Positions 26,440 to 39,894 of a DNA stretch of 64,000 nucleotides are shown piece by piece. The position numbers and the translations under genes are program-made. This DNA is from Chiloscyllium plagiosum (taxonomy: Eukaryota), in NCBI RefSeq assembly GCF_004010195.1, contig NC_057728.1:46528645-46592644 (forward strand), given 5' to 3'. The first letter of the stretch is position 1. Every line of letters starts with the position of its first letter. The notes under the pieces were generated by a model. The model had not been told where the DNA came from and made no database searches. It saw only the letters and a program-made list of their open reading frames with translations.

Positions 26440-27466
26440 GTGCAGAAGTAGGCCATGCACCCCATTAAATAAACTCTATCATTCAATTTGATCATTGTTG
26501 ATCTGATAATCCTTAACTCCATTTCCCTGGCTTTTCCCATAACTATCAATTCCTTTACTGATTAAAAATCAGTCCATTTATCGCAGCCTTGAAAATACTT
26601 AACAGTCTAACATCTACAGCCCTCTGTGGTAAAGGATTCCATAAGTACATTACCATCCGGAAGAAGAAATTACTCCTTATTTCTGTCTTAAACTGCAAAC
26701 CTCTATTTTGAGATTATGCCCCCGGTCCAGGACCTTCCCACAACTGGAAACAACCTTTCAACATCTACTCGGTCAAATCCCTTAAGAGTATTATATGTTT
26801 CAACAAGGTTGTTTCTCATTCTTCTAAACTCCAATGAAAGCTCAGGCCAAACCTACTCAACCCCTCCTCATAAGAGAGTCCGTCCCCTTCTGGGATCAAC
26901 CTAGTAAACCTTCTTTGGTGTGTTTCCAATACCAGTATATGTTTCCTTAGCTAGGGAAAAAGTATTCCATCTTAGGTCTGACTAATGCCTTGTGTAGGAT
27001 GAGCAAGACCTTCCTATTTTTACACTCCGTTCTTTTTGAAAGAAAGGCCAATCTTCCATTTGCTTTCTGTATTATCTGCTGAACTTGTATACTAGCTTTT
27101 TGTCATTTATGCATGAAGATGTCTAAGTCCCACTACTTTCTGCAGTCTTTCATCTCCTCTATTCTTCCTGCCAAAGTGTATAACCTCACATTTTTCCATG
27201 TTTTTGCCAATTCACTGATCCATTATATGTCTCTCTACAGACTCTTTTGTCACCCTCATTCCTTGCTTTCCCAACTATTTTTGTGTCATTTGCGAACTGG
27301 CTATAACATATTCACTTTTCTCTTCCAAATCACTAAAATGCATTGTGAATAACCGTGGCGCCAGCATTGATCCCTGTGCATTCCACTAGTTACAGGTCAC
27401 CATGCTGAAAATGCCCCCTCCATCCCAATTTTCTGTCTTCTATTAGTTAGATAATCCTCTATCCAT
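26440..27466 (-). mobile_element. Old CR1 LINE, 3' part (continues at 30665-31545 after a younger CR1 insertion)
   Basis: Minus-strand CR1 3' UTR and RT remnants; reading resumes after 30661. Confidence 0.7.
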
Positions 27467-30400
27467 CAGAAGGGAAAGAGGGAGAGGAGGAGAGCGCTAG
27501 TTATAGGAGACTCTATAGTTAGAGGGACAGACAGGCGGTTCTGTGGACATGGGCGAGACTCTCGGATGGTTTTTTGCCTTCCGGGTGCCACGTCTCGGAC
27601 CGTGTCTTCAGAATCCTTAAGAGGGAGGGTGTGCAGCTAGAAGTCGTGGTACACGTTGGCACCAACGACATAGGTAGGAAGAGGGGTGGGGAGTTCATTC
27701 AGGAGCTCAGGGAGTTAGGCTGGAAGCTAAAAGCTAGGACGGACAGAGTCGTCATCTCTGGGTTGTTGCCGGTGCCACGTGACAGTGAGGCAAGGAATAG
27801 GGAGAGAGTGCAGTTGAACACGTGGCTGCAAGGATGGTGTAGGAGGGGAGGGCTTCAGGTATTTGGACAATTGGACTGCATTCTGGGGAAGGTGGGACCT
27901 GTACAAGCAGGACGGGTTGCACCTGAACCAGAAGGGAATCAATATCCTGGGGGGTAGGTTTGCTAGCAATCTTCGGGGAGGTTTAAACTAATTTGGCAGG
28001 GGGATGGGATCCGGACTTGTAGTCCAGCAAGTAGGCTAGCTGTTTGTCAGGATGTCCAAGAATTTAGGGAGGCTGTGGAGAAGGTAGCACTGACAGGGAA
28101 TACTTGCGGACACAGAGATGGGTTCAACGCAAGGAGTATCAAAAATAAGGTGGGTGAACTTAAGGCGTGGATTGGTACTTGGGACTACGATGTTGTGGCC
28201 ATCATGGAAACGTGGATAGAAGAGGGACAGGAATGGTTGTTGGAGGTTCCTGGTTACAGATGTTTCAGTAAGATTAGGGAGGGTGGCGTTGCTTATTAGA
28301 AATGGTATAAAAAGGAGGGGGGGTGGCGTTGCTTATTAGAAATGGTATAACGGCTGCAGAAAGGCAGTTTGAGGGGGATCTGCCTTTGGAGATAGTATGG
28401 GCTGAAGTCAGAAATAGGAAAGGAGCAGTCACCTTGTTAGGTGTTTACTATAGGCCCCCCAATAGCAGCAGAGATGTGGAGAAACAGATTGGGAAACAGA
28501 TTTTGGAAAGGTGCAGAAGCCACAGAGTAGTCATGGGCGATTTCAACTTCTCAAATATTGATTAGAAGCTCTTTAGATCAAGTAGATTGGATGGGGCAGT
28601 GTTTGTGCAGTGTGTCCAGGAAGCTTGTAGATTGTCCGACCAGAGGGGAGGCCATATTGGATTTGGTACTTGGTAACGAACCGGGACAAGTGATGGGCTT
28701 GTTAGTGGGTGAGCATTTTGGTGATGGTGACACAATTCTGTGACTTTCACCTTGGTTATGGAGAGAGATAGGTGCCTGCAACAGGGTAGGTTTTACAATT
28801 GGGGGAAGGGTAAATACAATGCTGCAAGACAAGATCTGAGGAGCATATGTTGGGAGCATAGGCTGTCAGGGAAGGATGTCGTTGAAATGTGGAACTTTTT
28901 CAAGGAACAGATACGACATGTCCTTGATATGTATGTACCCGTCAGGCAGGAAACAGATGGTCATGTAAGGGAACCTTGGTTGACGAGGGAGGTTGAATGT
29001 CTTGTAAAGACATTCTGTAAAGAGGAAGAAGGAGGCTTACATAAGGTTGTGGAAACAAGGCTCAGACAGAGTGTTGGAGGGAGACAGGATAGCCAGGAGG
29101 GAGCTGATGAAAGGGATTAGGAGAGCTAAGAGAGGGCATGAAAAATCTTTGGTGGGTAGGATCAAGGATAACANNNNNNNNNNNNNNNNNNNAGTACTTT
29201 TCTTCAGTATTTACAAATGAGAGGGACCGTATTGTTGAAGAGGAGAGTATGAAACAGATTGGTAAGCTAGAGGAGATCCTTGTTAGGAAGGAAGATGTGT
29301 TGGGCATTTTGAAAAACTTGAGAATAGACAAGTCCCCCGGGCCTGACGGGATCTATCTGAGGATTATGTGGGAAGCAAGAGAGGAAATTGCAGAACCGTT
29401 GGCAATGATCTTTTCGTCTTCACTGTCAACGGGGGTGGTACCAGGGGACTGGAGAGTGGCGAATGCTGTGCCCCTGTTCAAAAAAGGGAAAAGGGATAAC
29501 CCCGGGAATTACAGGTCAGTTAATCTTACTTTGGTGGTAGGCAAAGTAATGGAAAGGGTACTGAGGGATAGGATTTATGAGTATCTGGAAAGACACTGCT
29601 TGATTAGGGACAGCCAGCACGGATTTGTGAGGGGTAGGTCTTGCCTTACAAGTCTTATTGAATTCTTTGAGGAAGTGACCAAGCATGTGGATGAGGGTAG
29701 AGCAGTGGATGTATTGTACTTGAATTTTAGTAAGGCATTTGATAAGGTTCCCCATGGTAGGCTTATGCGGAAAGTCAGGAGGCATGGGATAGTGGGAAAT
29801 TTGGCCAGTTGGATAGAGAACTGGCTTACCGGTTGAAGTCAGAGAGTGGTGGTAGATGGTAAATATTCAGCCTGGAGCCCAGTTACAAGTGGAGTTATGC
29901 AGGGATCAGTTCTGGGTCCTCTGCTGTTTGTAATTTTTATTAATGACTTGGAAGAGGGAATCGAAGTGTGGGTCAGTAAATTTGCAGACGATACAAAGAT
30001 TGGTGGAGTTGCGGATAGTGAGGAGGGCTGTTGTTGGCTGCAAAGGGACTTAGATATGATGCAGAGCTCAGCTGAGGAGTGGCAGATGGAGTTCAACCCT
30101 GTCAAGTGTGAGGTTGTCCATTTTGGAAGGACAAATAAGAATGCGGAATACAGGGTTAACGGTAGGGTTCTTAGTAAGGTGGAGGAGCAGAGGGATCTTG
30201 GGGTCTATGTTCATAGATCTTTGAAAGTTGCCACTCAGGTGGATAGAGCTTGTAAGAAGGCCTATGGTGTATTAGAGTCCATTAGCAGAGGGATTGAATT
30301 CAAGAATCGTGAAGTGATNNNNNNNNNNNNNNNNNNNNNNNNNNNNNNNNNNNNNNNNNNNNNNNNNNNNNNNNNNNNNNNNNNNNNNNNNNNNNNNNNN

Positions 30401-30661
30401 NNNNNNNNNNNNNNNNNNNNNNNNNNNNNNNNNNNNNNNNNGGGGGGATGTCAGGGGTAGGTTCTTTACCGAGAGAGTGGTGGGGGCATGGAATGCGCTG
30501 CCTGTGGGAGTGGCAAAGTCAGAATCATTGGCGACCTTTAAGCGGCAATTGGATAGGTACATGGATAGGTGCTTAAGCTAGGATAAATGTTCGGCACAAC
30601 ATCGTGGGCTGAAGGGCCTGTTCTGTGCTGTATTGTTCTATGTTCTATATTCTATGTTCTA
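27467..30661 (+). mobile_element. Near full-length CR1 LINE: SGNH-esterase ORF1 end, APE endonuclease, RT, (ttctatg)n tail; disabled
   Basis: ORF1 IGDSIVRG..VVVHVGTND..DGLHLN; APE NARSIKNK, YRPPN, GDFN, PTRGEAILDLVL; RT KSPGPDG, NYRSVNL, QHGF, DFSKAFD-like, QGSVLGP, FADD. Several frameshifts/stops and two N gaps. Confidence 0.92.
30319..30441. other. Assembly gap (others at 29174-29192 and 40248-40266)
   Basis: Runs of N, all inside young repeats. Confidence 1.
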
Positions 30662-30664
30662 TAA

Positions 30665-31545
30665 TATATTACCTTTGTAATCATGAGTTCATATCTGGTT
30701 AAGTAGTCTAAAATGCAATACCTTATCAAACACCCTCTGAAAATTCAAATTACTACATCATATTACCTCCCCACTATCTATTCTGATGTCACCTCCTCAC
30801 AGGATTCTAGTTAATTTGTCAGACATGACCTTCCCTTTTTGAAGCCATTCTGACTCTGCTTGATCATATTATGCATTTCAAAATGCTGTGCAATTGGATC
30901 CTTTATGATAGACTTTAGTGTTTTTGGAATAACAGATGCAAAGCTAACTGGCCTCTAGCATTACCTTTTTTTGTCTCTCTTTTTTTAAATAAGCTGTTAC
31001 ATTGGCAATTTTCCAGTCTTCTAGAATCTGAAACTTCTTGGAAAATTACCACTGGTGCATCCACTATCTCTGTAGCTACATTTTAATATCTGAGGATGTA
31101 TCCCATCACGTCCAGGGGACTTAATGGTCTTTTGCCCCATTAGTTTCCCTCATACTTTTTTCCTCTAGTGATAGTTATTGCATTTATTTCCTTTCCCTGG
31201 TTTGTGCTTTGATTATTTTGTATTTTGGGAAAACTACTAGAATGTTCTCCTGTGAAGATTGCCTTTTCCTCTTTCCCAATTATTATTTTCTCACTATCAT
31301 TCTGTAATGAGCCAATGCTAATTAGACTCTCATTCTTTTGTTATACATTTAACAGCTCTTGCTGTCCCTCTTAGTTGCTCGTTTAGCCTCAAAGTTTAAC
31401 TTCTCCCTTTTTAAAATGTTTTTGCTTATCTTTTGATTTTTTAAAAAACTTTCCTAATCCTCTGGCCTCCTACTAGCCTTTGTCTTATTGTATGCTTTTT
31501 CTTTCAATTTGGTACTATCATTAACTTCCCTGGTTAACCATGTTT
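30665..31545 (-). mobile_element. Old CR1 LINE, 5' continuation of 26440-27466
   Basis: Degenerate RT N-terminal motifs on the minus strand (aagtcccctggacgtgatgg = KSPG.DG). Confidence 0.65.
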
Positions 31546-31865
31546 AAATGAAAGACACAGATCAGTTGTTGCGCATACACTCACCCTCTTTCCATTGTCC
31601 ACACAACTTCTGCGGCGATCAGAAGCCTCAGCAGACCAATGATTAAACTTGGAATCATCTTGGTTGATAGGGTCAAGTGCCATATCTGTGTTGGCTTTGT
31701 CCATTAAGACATTACAGGGAGTAAGCATTTAGGGCCATAAATCAGTAACTCTTTTTGTAGGAAAAGCCACAAATTAGCTGGAGTCTGATGATTCTATTGG
31801 GTGGAGCTTGGTGATTCCAGAGGCCTGGTAAAAGCCGAGCATCAACCTGGGATGGAATCAAGAAG

Positions 31866-32898
31866 GCCCATGACTTAGGTGCATCTTAAGATTCATCCTT
31901 GTTCTTTGTAGATCTCTATGTAAACCCAACATTGCCGACTACTGAGTTGCTGAGACTGATACACTTGTTGACCAATATGATTGGTCAGCAGCTCCTGAGG
32001 TCAGGGCTGAGATGGGACCAAGGATGAAGAATACCATCAGGGAATTTAATGTAGGCGATGGGGATCTCACCCCCTCACACACCAGCCACCACCCAGAAAG
32101 GCCCGCCTTCTGCTTCTAGGTCCTTTGAGCAGGTACTGAGTGCTAGAGGTTGACATTGAGGGACCAATGTCCACTAGCCCCCACCATCCCCAAACCCCAC
32201 AGTGAATCCTGAAAACACCCATTGTTTCTTGAGCTATTCACATGGTGAGGACTTGCCCTTCAGAGTCATTGAGTCAAAGCCTTGGAATTTCTATCCAAAT
32301 AACATTTGTGGGTGTACTACACCAAATGGACTGCAAGAAGGTAGCTCGTCATCACCTAGAGTAGCTCGGGATGAGCAATAATGTTGGCCCAGCCAGTGAT
32401 GCCCACATTCCATGAATGAGTCTTTAAAAAAATCCATAATAAAGGTTTTTTTGGCAGCATTGTGGAGTTAGTGGGGATGAGGCGGGATGGAGGTTAGTGA
32501 TCAGTTGTTTTTGGTGGGGGATCTGGCACATGTCCAAGCTGAGAAAGCAGCCACATGTTTCAATTCCACAGTGATGGAAGGGACAGCATGTCCCAACCTC
32601 ACCTCCCACCTCCCTCACCCCACCCCAACACTACCACCCCCCGCAGGATAAAAGGTCAGTCCTGGACTGATATTAAGCAAGGTCACCCCAAAACCATTAT
32701 CTGCTCTGGACTGCATTAAGATCCTGGAAAGCGGACGAACACAACACAGTAAGTGTAAACTGTGACCTTGGGTGGTGACTTCAATAATATTAGTCAATAG
32801 GCCATTCAGTCTCTTCAACTCACAAGTGAAACTGATGGAATTACAAAGAGACCCACCAAGATTGAGGTTGAATCTTAAGATGCACCTAAGTCCCAGGC
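31866..32898. repeat. ~140-bp imperfect inverted repeat pair ~760 bp apart (probable non-autonomous DNA transposon relic)
   Basis: gacttaggtgcatcttaagattca (31872-31895) is the exact reverse complement of 32869-32892; similarity extends inward to ~32005 / ~32766. Confidence 0.75.
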
Positions 32899-33299
32899 CA
32901 ATTGAGAGGTATTACAGAGTTAAGTCAAAGAAGAGTTTTGGGGCAGACTTTGACAGCATTAAGGGTGGAGGTAGATAGCACCTTGTGGAAGTAGATGCCC
33001 TGAAGCACACAGGGCACCTGCCTAATGATGTACCCCCTTCCTTCTCATCTTTTAACCAATCCGTTGTGTAAAAAAGAAAATTGCCTTCCCAATTGCCTTC
33101 TCCCTGCCCCTGTCTATCTTATTGAGATACAGACTGCCTGATATTCAGGCCACTTGATTTGTTAACAAGCTCAATTGCCAGTTCTTTACTTAGAAAGAAG
33201 CAGTATGCCAATTTGGACTTCAACCCACATATGGCTCTGTGGAGACTCATTCAGAATCAGGTGGGAAATTCATAAGTGAGCTCCCCACTTTGTCATATT

Positions 33300-33595
33300 T
33301 TAGATTAGATTAGATTATCTACAGTGTGGAAACAGGCCCTTCAGCCCAACAAGTCCACACCGACCCTCTGAAGAGTAAACCACCCAGACCCATCTCACTG
33401 ATGCACCTAACACTACGGGCAATTTAGCATGGCCAATTCACCTGACCTGCACATCTTTGGACTGTGAGAGGAAACCCACGCAGACACAGGGAGAATGTGC
33501 AAACTCCACACAGACAGTCGCCCGAGGCGGGAACCAAACCTGGGACCCTGGTGCTGTGAGGCAGTAGTGCTAACCACTGAGCCACCGTACCGCCC
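33300..33595 (-). mobile_element. HE1-like V-SINE
   Basis: (tagat)n tail, V-domain and tRNA head in reverse. Confidence 0.9.
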
Positions 33596-34476
33596 CAGCC
33601 AAGTGTCCCAAGCAAGGTTGTGGCGTGTGAGCTCCAGCCCACATTTTAGGACCTTCCATATCAGGCAAAAATGCAGTTGTGAAGGCAACCAATATTGTAA
33701 CGGTCATGAGGAATGGATGGAAGAAGAAGCAATGGAAGTTCATCGTGAATTACGCTGAGAGACATCCTTGCGACCACCCCCCCACTCCCCCCCAAAAGAT
33801 TTTAAGACAATTTTAGATTGGAAACAACTCCAGATATTTGTCAAAATCCTGTAAGTAGACTCATTTATTATAATGAAATTTTTATGTTAAAATTAAATTT
33901 TCATTATATTACTGTGTTAAGTAGCTCTTCTAAATGTGTTCAAATAATATGATACAGAATTTATTACATTAAATAACTGTTAATAATAAAAAGCACTTAA
34001 AAACTATAGGGTCTTCACTCGACTTTTTTAAATTTCATTCCAAATACTTACTTCTGTGAGATTTCAAACTTGCTCCTTTGGAATTAATATCTTGCATTAT
34101 TTATTATTGTAACCAAAGTAAAATATCCAGCTTCAGGAACAAAATAAAACCCAGAATTTGCAGTGCAAAGTATCTGATTCCAAAATTGGTGATTGTTTTT
34201 CAATTACTTGTTTGTAAGTTTCAACCCTGTTTGTAATCCACAGTTACTTTTCGAAAGCTTGTGTATAGCTGTTAGCATATTGCACATCAGCAGGCTTGGC
34301 TGAGTTAGTTTCTCAACGGACGCACACTGCTTAGCTGAACCCACGAAAGCTGGATTTAGATGATGAAATATTGAGTTGCCAAATGATCACAGCTGATGGT
34401 AATCGTAAATGAGTCACATCCCAGAATGAAACCTGGCTTGACAGTCCACAAGTTCTCGTTTTGCAATAATCTAGGC

Positions 34477-35210
34477 ACAGAACTGCAGATGCTCGAAATC
34501 TGAAACGAACACAGAAATTGCTGGAAAAACTCAGCTCTGGCTAGATCGCATTTTGGAATATTGTGTTCACCTCACTATACAAAGCATGTGGAAGCTTTGG
34601 AGAGGGTGCAGAGGAGATTTACCAGGATGCTACTTGCCCTGGAAGGCGTGTCTTATGAAGAAAGGTTGAGGGAGCTAGGGCTTTTCTCATTGAAGTGAAG
34701 AAGGATGAGAAGTGACTTGATAGAGATGTACAAGGTGATGCAAGGAATAGGTAGAGTGGATAACCAGAGACTTTTTCCATGGCAGAAATGGCTATCATGA
34801 GGGAGCGTAATTTTAATGTGATTGGAGAAAGGGTTAGGGGAGATGTCAGAGGTAGGTTCTTTACACAGACAGTGGTGAGTACTTGGAATGCACTGCCAGC
34901 GGTGGTAGTAGAGTCAGATTCATTAGGGACATTTAAGCAACTCTTGGATAATCAAATGGATGGTTGGAAAACGAAGGGTATGAGAGTTAGTTTGATCATA
35001 GAGTAGGATAAAAGTTCGACACAACATCCAGGGATGAAGGGCCTGTACTGTGCTGTACTATTCTGTGGTCTAAGTCTGGCAGCACCTGTTGAGAGAAGAA
35101 CAGAGTTAACATTTCAAGTCCAACGCGACTTCATCAAAATCGGATGCAAAACATATCTCAACAGATGCTGCCAGACCTGCTGTGTTTCTCTCGCGCTCTT
35201 TATTCTTGCA
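34477..35210. mobile_element. Old head-to-head PLE terminal pair interrupted by a CR1 3' end (~34540-35068, +)
   Basis: gctggaaaaactcagc | tctggcagcacctg split by CR1 (ERVQRRFTRM..RGRFFTQ), mirrored by acagatgctgccagacctgctg. Confidence 0.65.
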
Positions 35211-36293
35211 ATTTGTTTCCTGTGCTGGTCATTCAAGAAAATCCAAGTTTGTGACACAAAAAGGATGAGAAACAAAACACAAAATATATTACACTCTGTA
35301 AATATGAAATGGGCTTATTATAAATATCAGAAGTAAATATGTAACCTTTCACGCATAACAGTAAATGTACTATCTAACCCTTTCCAATTGAAAGTTCCTT
35401 GTTCATTGCTGCTGGCCCTATTTGGTTTCTTTGTGGCAATGTCTGTGTTCACTCCATGTTATTTTCATTTGTTATGACTCTTCATGGGACCTTAAACAAA
35501 CTGCTAAGACAGCTCACATTTTCCTGAACATGGTTTGTTGAACCCCCCTCTTCCACATACTTCTGTTTCTGGGGCTTTTCTCTTACTGACTTTTAAGTGA
35601 CTCAGGATTTATTTTCAACCCAAGTTTGTTTCCCAAAGCACTGAAGTATTCATCTCAGGAGTTTTTTTAAACCTCATTTAAACGCATGTGAACAAATTTT
35701 CAGAACATACTGGTACCACTCGCGGAATTTAAAAGTGAAACTAAAAATCTCCCCTTCTCAATGCATTCAATAAAAAAAAAACAGACTTAAAATGATACAA
35801 GGTTCTGTCCACTTTGGAATCAAAGTTTCAAAATGCTAATAGTAATAACATATTTAGGACATTCAATACACAACCACAGCAAATATCACTGCCAATAAGA
35901 AGGAGGTCAAGAAATATTTGCTGAGGATTTATTGATTGATTCTAATTTGCTGATAAATGTTACCCAGTATTTCTAAAATGTAACAAAGAAAAGGATTGCA
36001 AATTGGAAAACATACCCATCATTGTATGATTTATTGTTGCAACAAAGCGATACCCAGGAACATCTGAGTAAAAGTCTGGTTCTACTTTGCTGAGTTTCGT
36101 AGTAATGTCAAATCAATAGAAATTCAGATTAGATTGATTCAATGACAAGCTCACTGTTGCATCACTGGCCCAATCAGTGAAGGTTAAAACTTTCGCAGTT
36201 ATATGAATCTTGAAAATTATGTATCTAAACTTGTAATTTTAGATAAGTTAGTAAGGTTTCTTTTATTTTGTGCACGGTGAAAAAAATTACAAT

Positions 36294-36471
36294 ACCTGCA
36301 AAATTTAAATGAGAAATGTTTAAATGTCAAATCATTTAAGGACAGAGCTATTTTGAACATTTAGCTTTCTGTTGTTTAGTGCCAGGAACCATCTCTTTCA
36401 AGTCATCTTTTATTAAGCTAAATGCAACACCAAGCAGTGATGGATGCCAGGTCATTGTAAGGACATAGATG
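36294..36471 (+). repeat. Copy 1 of a dispersed ~180-bp direct duplication (copy 2 at 38283-38470)
   Basis: Shared blocks aatcatttaaggacagagctatttt, ccatctctttcaagt, agcagtgatggatgccaggtca. Confidence 0.85.
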
Positions 36472-37064
36472 CAAAATTAATGCATGTAGAGGCCTAAGCC
36501 TCAATATTGACAGCATTACACAAGTGAGATGTGGATTTTCCCTGAAGTATCTGCAGTGTGCATCTTTCTCATGGGCTGCCCTATTTCAGGAGGCATAGAG
36601 TTTTCCACAGTTTGGGGAGGGCAATCCCCAGCCCAAGGGTCTTTGTTTGGGTGGAGGGATAATCTGATTATGAGAAAGGGTGCTTGGGAGAATTTTTTTT
36701 TTTCTGATCATAGCTGAACTGTGTTGTAAGGGCCCTTAACTTTTTTTCAAAGTTGTTCTCACCTTTCTTAGAACCCAGATGGCCACTACTAAACTTACAA
36801 ATACTTAATTGTCAACCAGCTTTCCCAGGGCAGGCTGGCTACCCATCCCCTTGTTCTGCCCTGAACAAATGGTGCAGTGGGCAGTTTGGAGAGATTCTAA
36901 GCAATATATATATATATTTTTAAGGATGTTCCATATCCACATATTGGGGGCTGAAATGTTGAGTTAGTTAATAGATGATTTACAGAGAGATGCCTGTAGT
37001 TCTTTGTAGTACACAACTGATTACTCATTTTTAACTGTAATGTAACACATGCAGTGGAAAAAAA

Positions 37065-37700
37065 AGGATCCTTGGAGTGCAGGTAGACAGGATAGTGAAG
37101 AAGGTGTTTAGTATGCTTGCCTTTTGGTCAGTGCATTGAGTATAGGTGTTGGGAGGTCATGTTGTGGCTGCACAGGACATTGGTTAGGCCACTTTTGGAA
37201 TACTACATTCAATTCTGGTGTCTCTGCTAGGGGAAAGATATTGCGAAACTTGAAAGGTTTCATAAAATATTGACAAAGATGTAGCCAGGGTTGGAAGGTT
37301 TGAGTTATAGGGAGAGGTTAAACAGGCTGGGGCTATTTTCCCTGGAGCATCAGAAGTTGAAGGGTGACCTTATCAAGGTTTATAAAATCATGAGGGACAT
37401 GGCTATGGGAAATAGACAAGGTCTTCTCCCCAGGCTAGGGGAGTCCAAAACTAGAGGACATCAATATAAGGTGAGAGGGGGAAAATTTAAAAGGCACCTA
37501 CTGGACAACGTTTTCACACAGAAGGTGGTGCGTGTATGGAATGAGCTGCCAGAGAAGTGGTGCCATTATGACATTTAAAAGGCATCTGGATTTGGAAGGA
37601 TATGGGCATGATGCTGACAAATGGGACTAAATTAATTTAAGATATCTGGTCAGCATGGATGTTTTGGACCAAAGGGTCTGTTTCTGTGTTATGACTGTAT
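37065..37700 (+). mobile_element. CR1 LINE 3' end
   Basis: LSYRERLNRLGLFSLE..KGDLIKVYKI; CR1 3' UTR. Confidence 0.85.
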
Positions 37701-38724
37701 GGTTCTCTGGAACAGCAGGAAAAAGGAATGAAGTAAATTAGACCAAAATGACACAGTGTCATGAATAATAGAGTAAATTTTGTTTTGTTTGTCAACTTTT
37801 CAGTAAATTAGTAAAACTCACCATGTACTTTGTATATATCAGCCTGAATGTGTAACAGTTACATAAGGACGTAAGCATGCTGTTTAAAATATTCATTCAA
37901 TATGTAGTATCCAATTCTCCACTAACATTAGATAAGTAAAATATTGAAATTCCTCAATAGTGAGGAACTGCAGGAATTTGCTCTGAGCCCAATTTTGCTT
38001 TGTTTCCTTATACAAAAGGTTTTGTTTTTGAAAATAGTTTGACTTGCTGATTCATGTGCAAGACAGCCCAGAGCGTATCAATTCAAGTGATCCCTCCTTA
38101 CATTTCATCATTCTATACAATGCTGTTATGCGAAGAACTAATTGCATCTTAATTTTTAAACTATTGTTAATTTTGCCATTACGAGGCTTTAATGATATAG
38201 AACAGACATGGGTATTTTCTGCCTGTATTGCATTAGTAAATTTTGTTTGTTTTCTTTGTGCCTGGTTGCGACCATATCAATGACTTGCAAGATCTAAATT
38301 AGAAATGTTCAAATGTCAATCATTTAAGGACAGAGCTATTTTAAACATCTAGTTTTCTGAATATGTGGTATTTACTGCCAGGAGCCATCTCTTTCAAGTT
38401 GTCTTTCTTTAATGGGCTAAATATAACGCTGAGCAGTGATGGATGCCAGGTCACATAAGGACAGTAGATGGAGACTCAGTACAGGATGTGTTATAATATA
38501 TTTCCATTAGTATTGTGATTTCTACCATAAGTATCATTTTTTATTCAAAAGTCATCAAAAGACAAAATACTCTTTATAAATATATTATAACATTTTTCAA
38601 CATACATCAAAGTCTTAGAATGAACTACTTTTTAATGAGCTACACCTTCTACCATCTTACAAGGTTATTAATAGCTCCATTTTGATTATATCTCAGTACT
38701 TCTCTCTCATCATTTACTTAAGCT

Positions 38725-38978
38725 TTAAATTTAAGGTAGAGGGCAGGAGGTTTAGAGGAGATTACAGGAAAAAGGTTTTCACCTAGAATGTGATGGGAAT
38801 CTCGTGGGAGAGGTGGGAAATCTCACAAGTTTTTAAAATACATGGATGAGCACTAAGACTGCAGTAACATTCAAGGCTATGGGCTAAGTGCTTGGAAAGT
38901 GGGATCAGTGTAGATAGGTCAGTGTAGACTTGATGGGTTGAAGGGCCTGTTCTGTGCTGTGTGAATTGATGACTCTCT
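38725..38978 (+). mobile_element. Decayed CR1 3' end
   Basis: gaagggcctgttctgtgctg 3' UTR and upstream C-terminal remnants. Confidence 0.7.
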
Positions 38979-39672
38979 GTATGCTGTGATTCTTCTGTGA
39001 GCTAACGTATTTAACCATTTCAGTATTTACATTCCATTTCATGTGATAAGTTTGCAAGTTATATAAATGTTACATCATTTTAATGTCACCGAACACAATA
39101 CTGCATAAAACTCAAGTTATTTTAGAATAATTCATAAAAGTTAAACCTTTTGAATAGTGAAGAACACATTGGCGCACCAAAATTTAAAGCAATGTTAAGG
39201 CCTCGCTAGCTTTTTCCAGTCACCATGAAACCTTGTGTGGAGCAGACATCTATGTAAGTCATGAATCCAATTCTGGTTGAAAGAAATTTCAACATTACCC
39301 TCTTGGTTTCAAGGAAAATAGATGTGCAGGAAGCCTTTGCATATTGTCAGCATTCAACAAAACTAAATAATACTGTTTGTACCTGTATTTCTAGTATTCT
39401 TAATACATTACATTTGGCACTGGAGATTTGAAGACATGTGGTGTGAATAAAATGTTATGAACACTGACAAAGTCCCTTGGACCAAAATACTGTTGCTACT
39501 ATGCCATGTATTTTGAGAAGTTTGAAAATACCCTGACAAGAAATTATCTGTTACTTATTCTGTAGTGTCGAGAGTGTGGTGCATCCAAGGAGCAAGAGAA
39601 TACCTTCACCCTCGCGCCACCCCCTCCCCCCATTTATCTCTCAGACCCTGGCCCAAAAGCCTCATTCCTGAT

Positions 39673-39894
39673 TTGGAGATGCCGGTGTTGGACTGGGGTG
39701 TCCAAAGTTAAAAATCAGACAACACCAGGTTATAGTCCAACAGGTTTAATTGGAAGCACACGAGGCTTTCGCAGCGACACTCCTTCATCAGGTGATAGGA
39801 TGAAGGATCACCTGATGAAGGAGTGTCGCTCCGAAAGCTAGTGTGCTTCCAATTAAACCTGTTGGACTATAACCTGGTGTTGTGTGATTTTTAA
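39673..39894. mobile_element. Head-to-head family B insertion
   Basis: Two inverted arms around a short spacer; flanking direct repeat cctcattcctgat (39660-39672, 39895-39907). Confidence 0.85.
39809..39843 (+). ncRNA. Minimal type-I hammerhead ribozyme motif (family B), sense to KCNC2
   Basis: CAC CUGAUGA A GGAGU-GUC-GCUCC GAA AGCU A GUG. Confidence 0.7.

Noticed and set aside
29138..30460. Active retrotransposon RT gene
   Set aside because: In-frame stop at 29834-29836, upstream frameshifts and assembly gaps; disabled as assembled.
34330..34355. ctgaacccacgaaagct as a hammerhead
   Set aside because: Core CUGANGA incomplete and no stem II.
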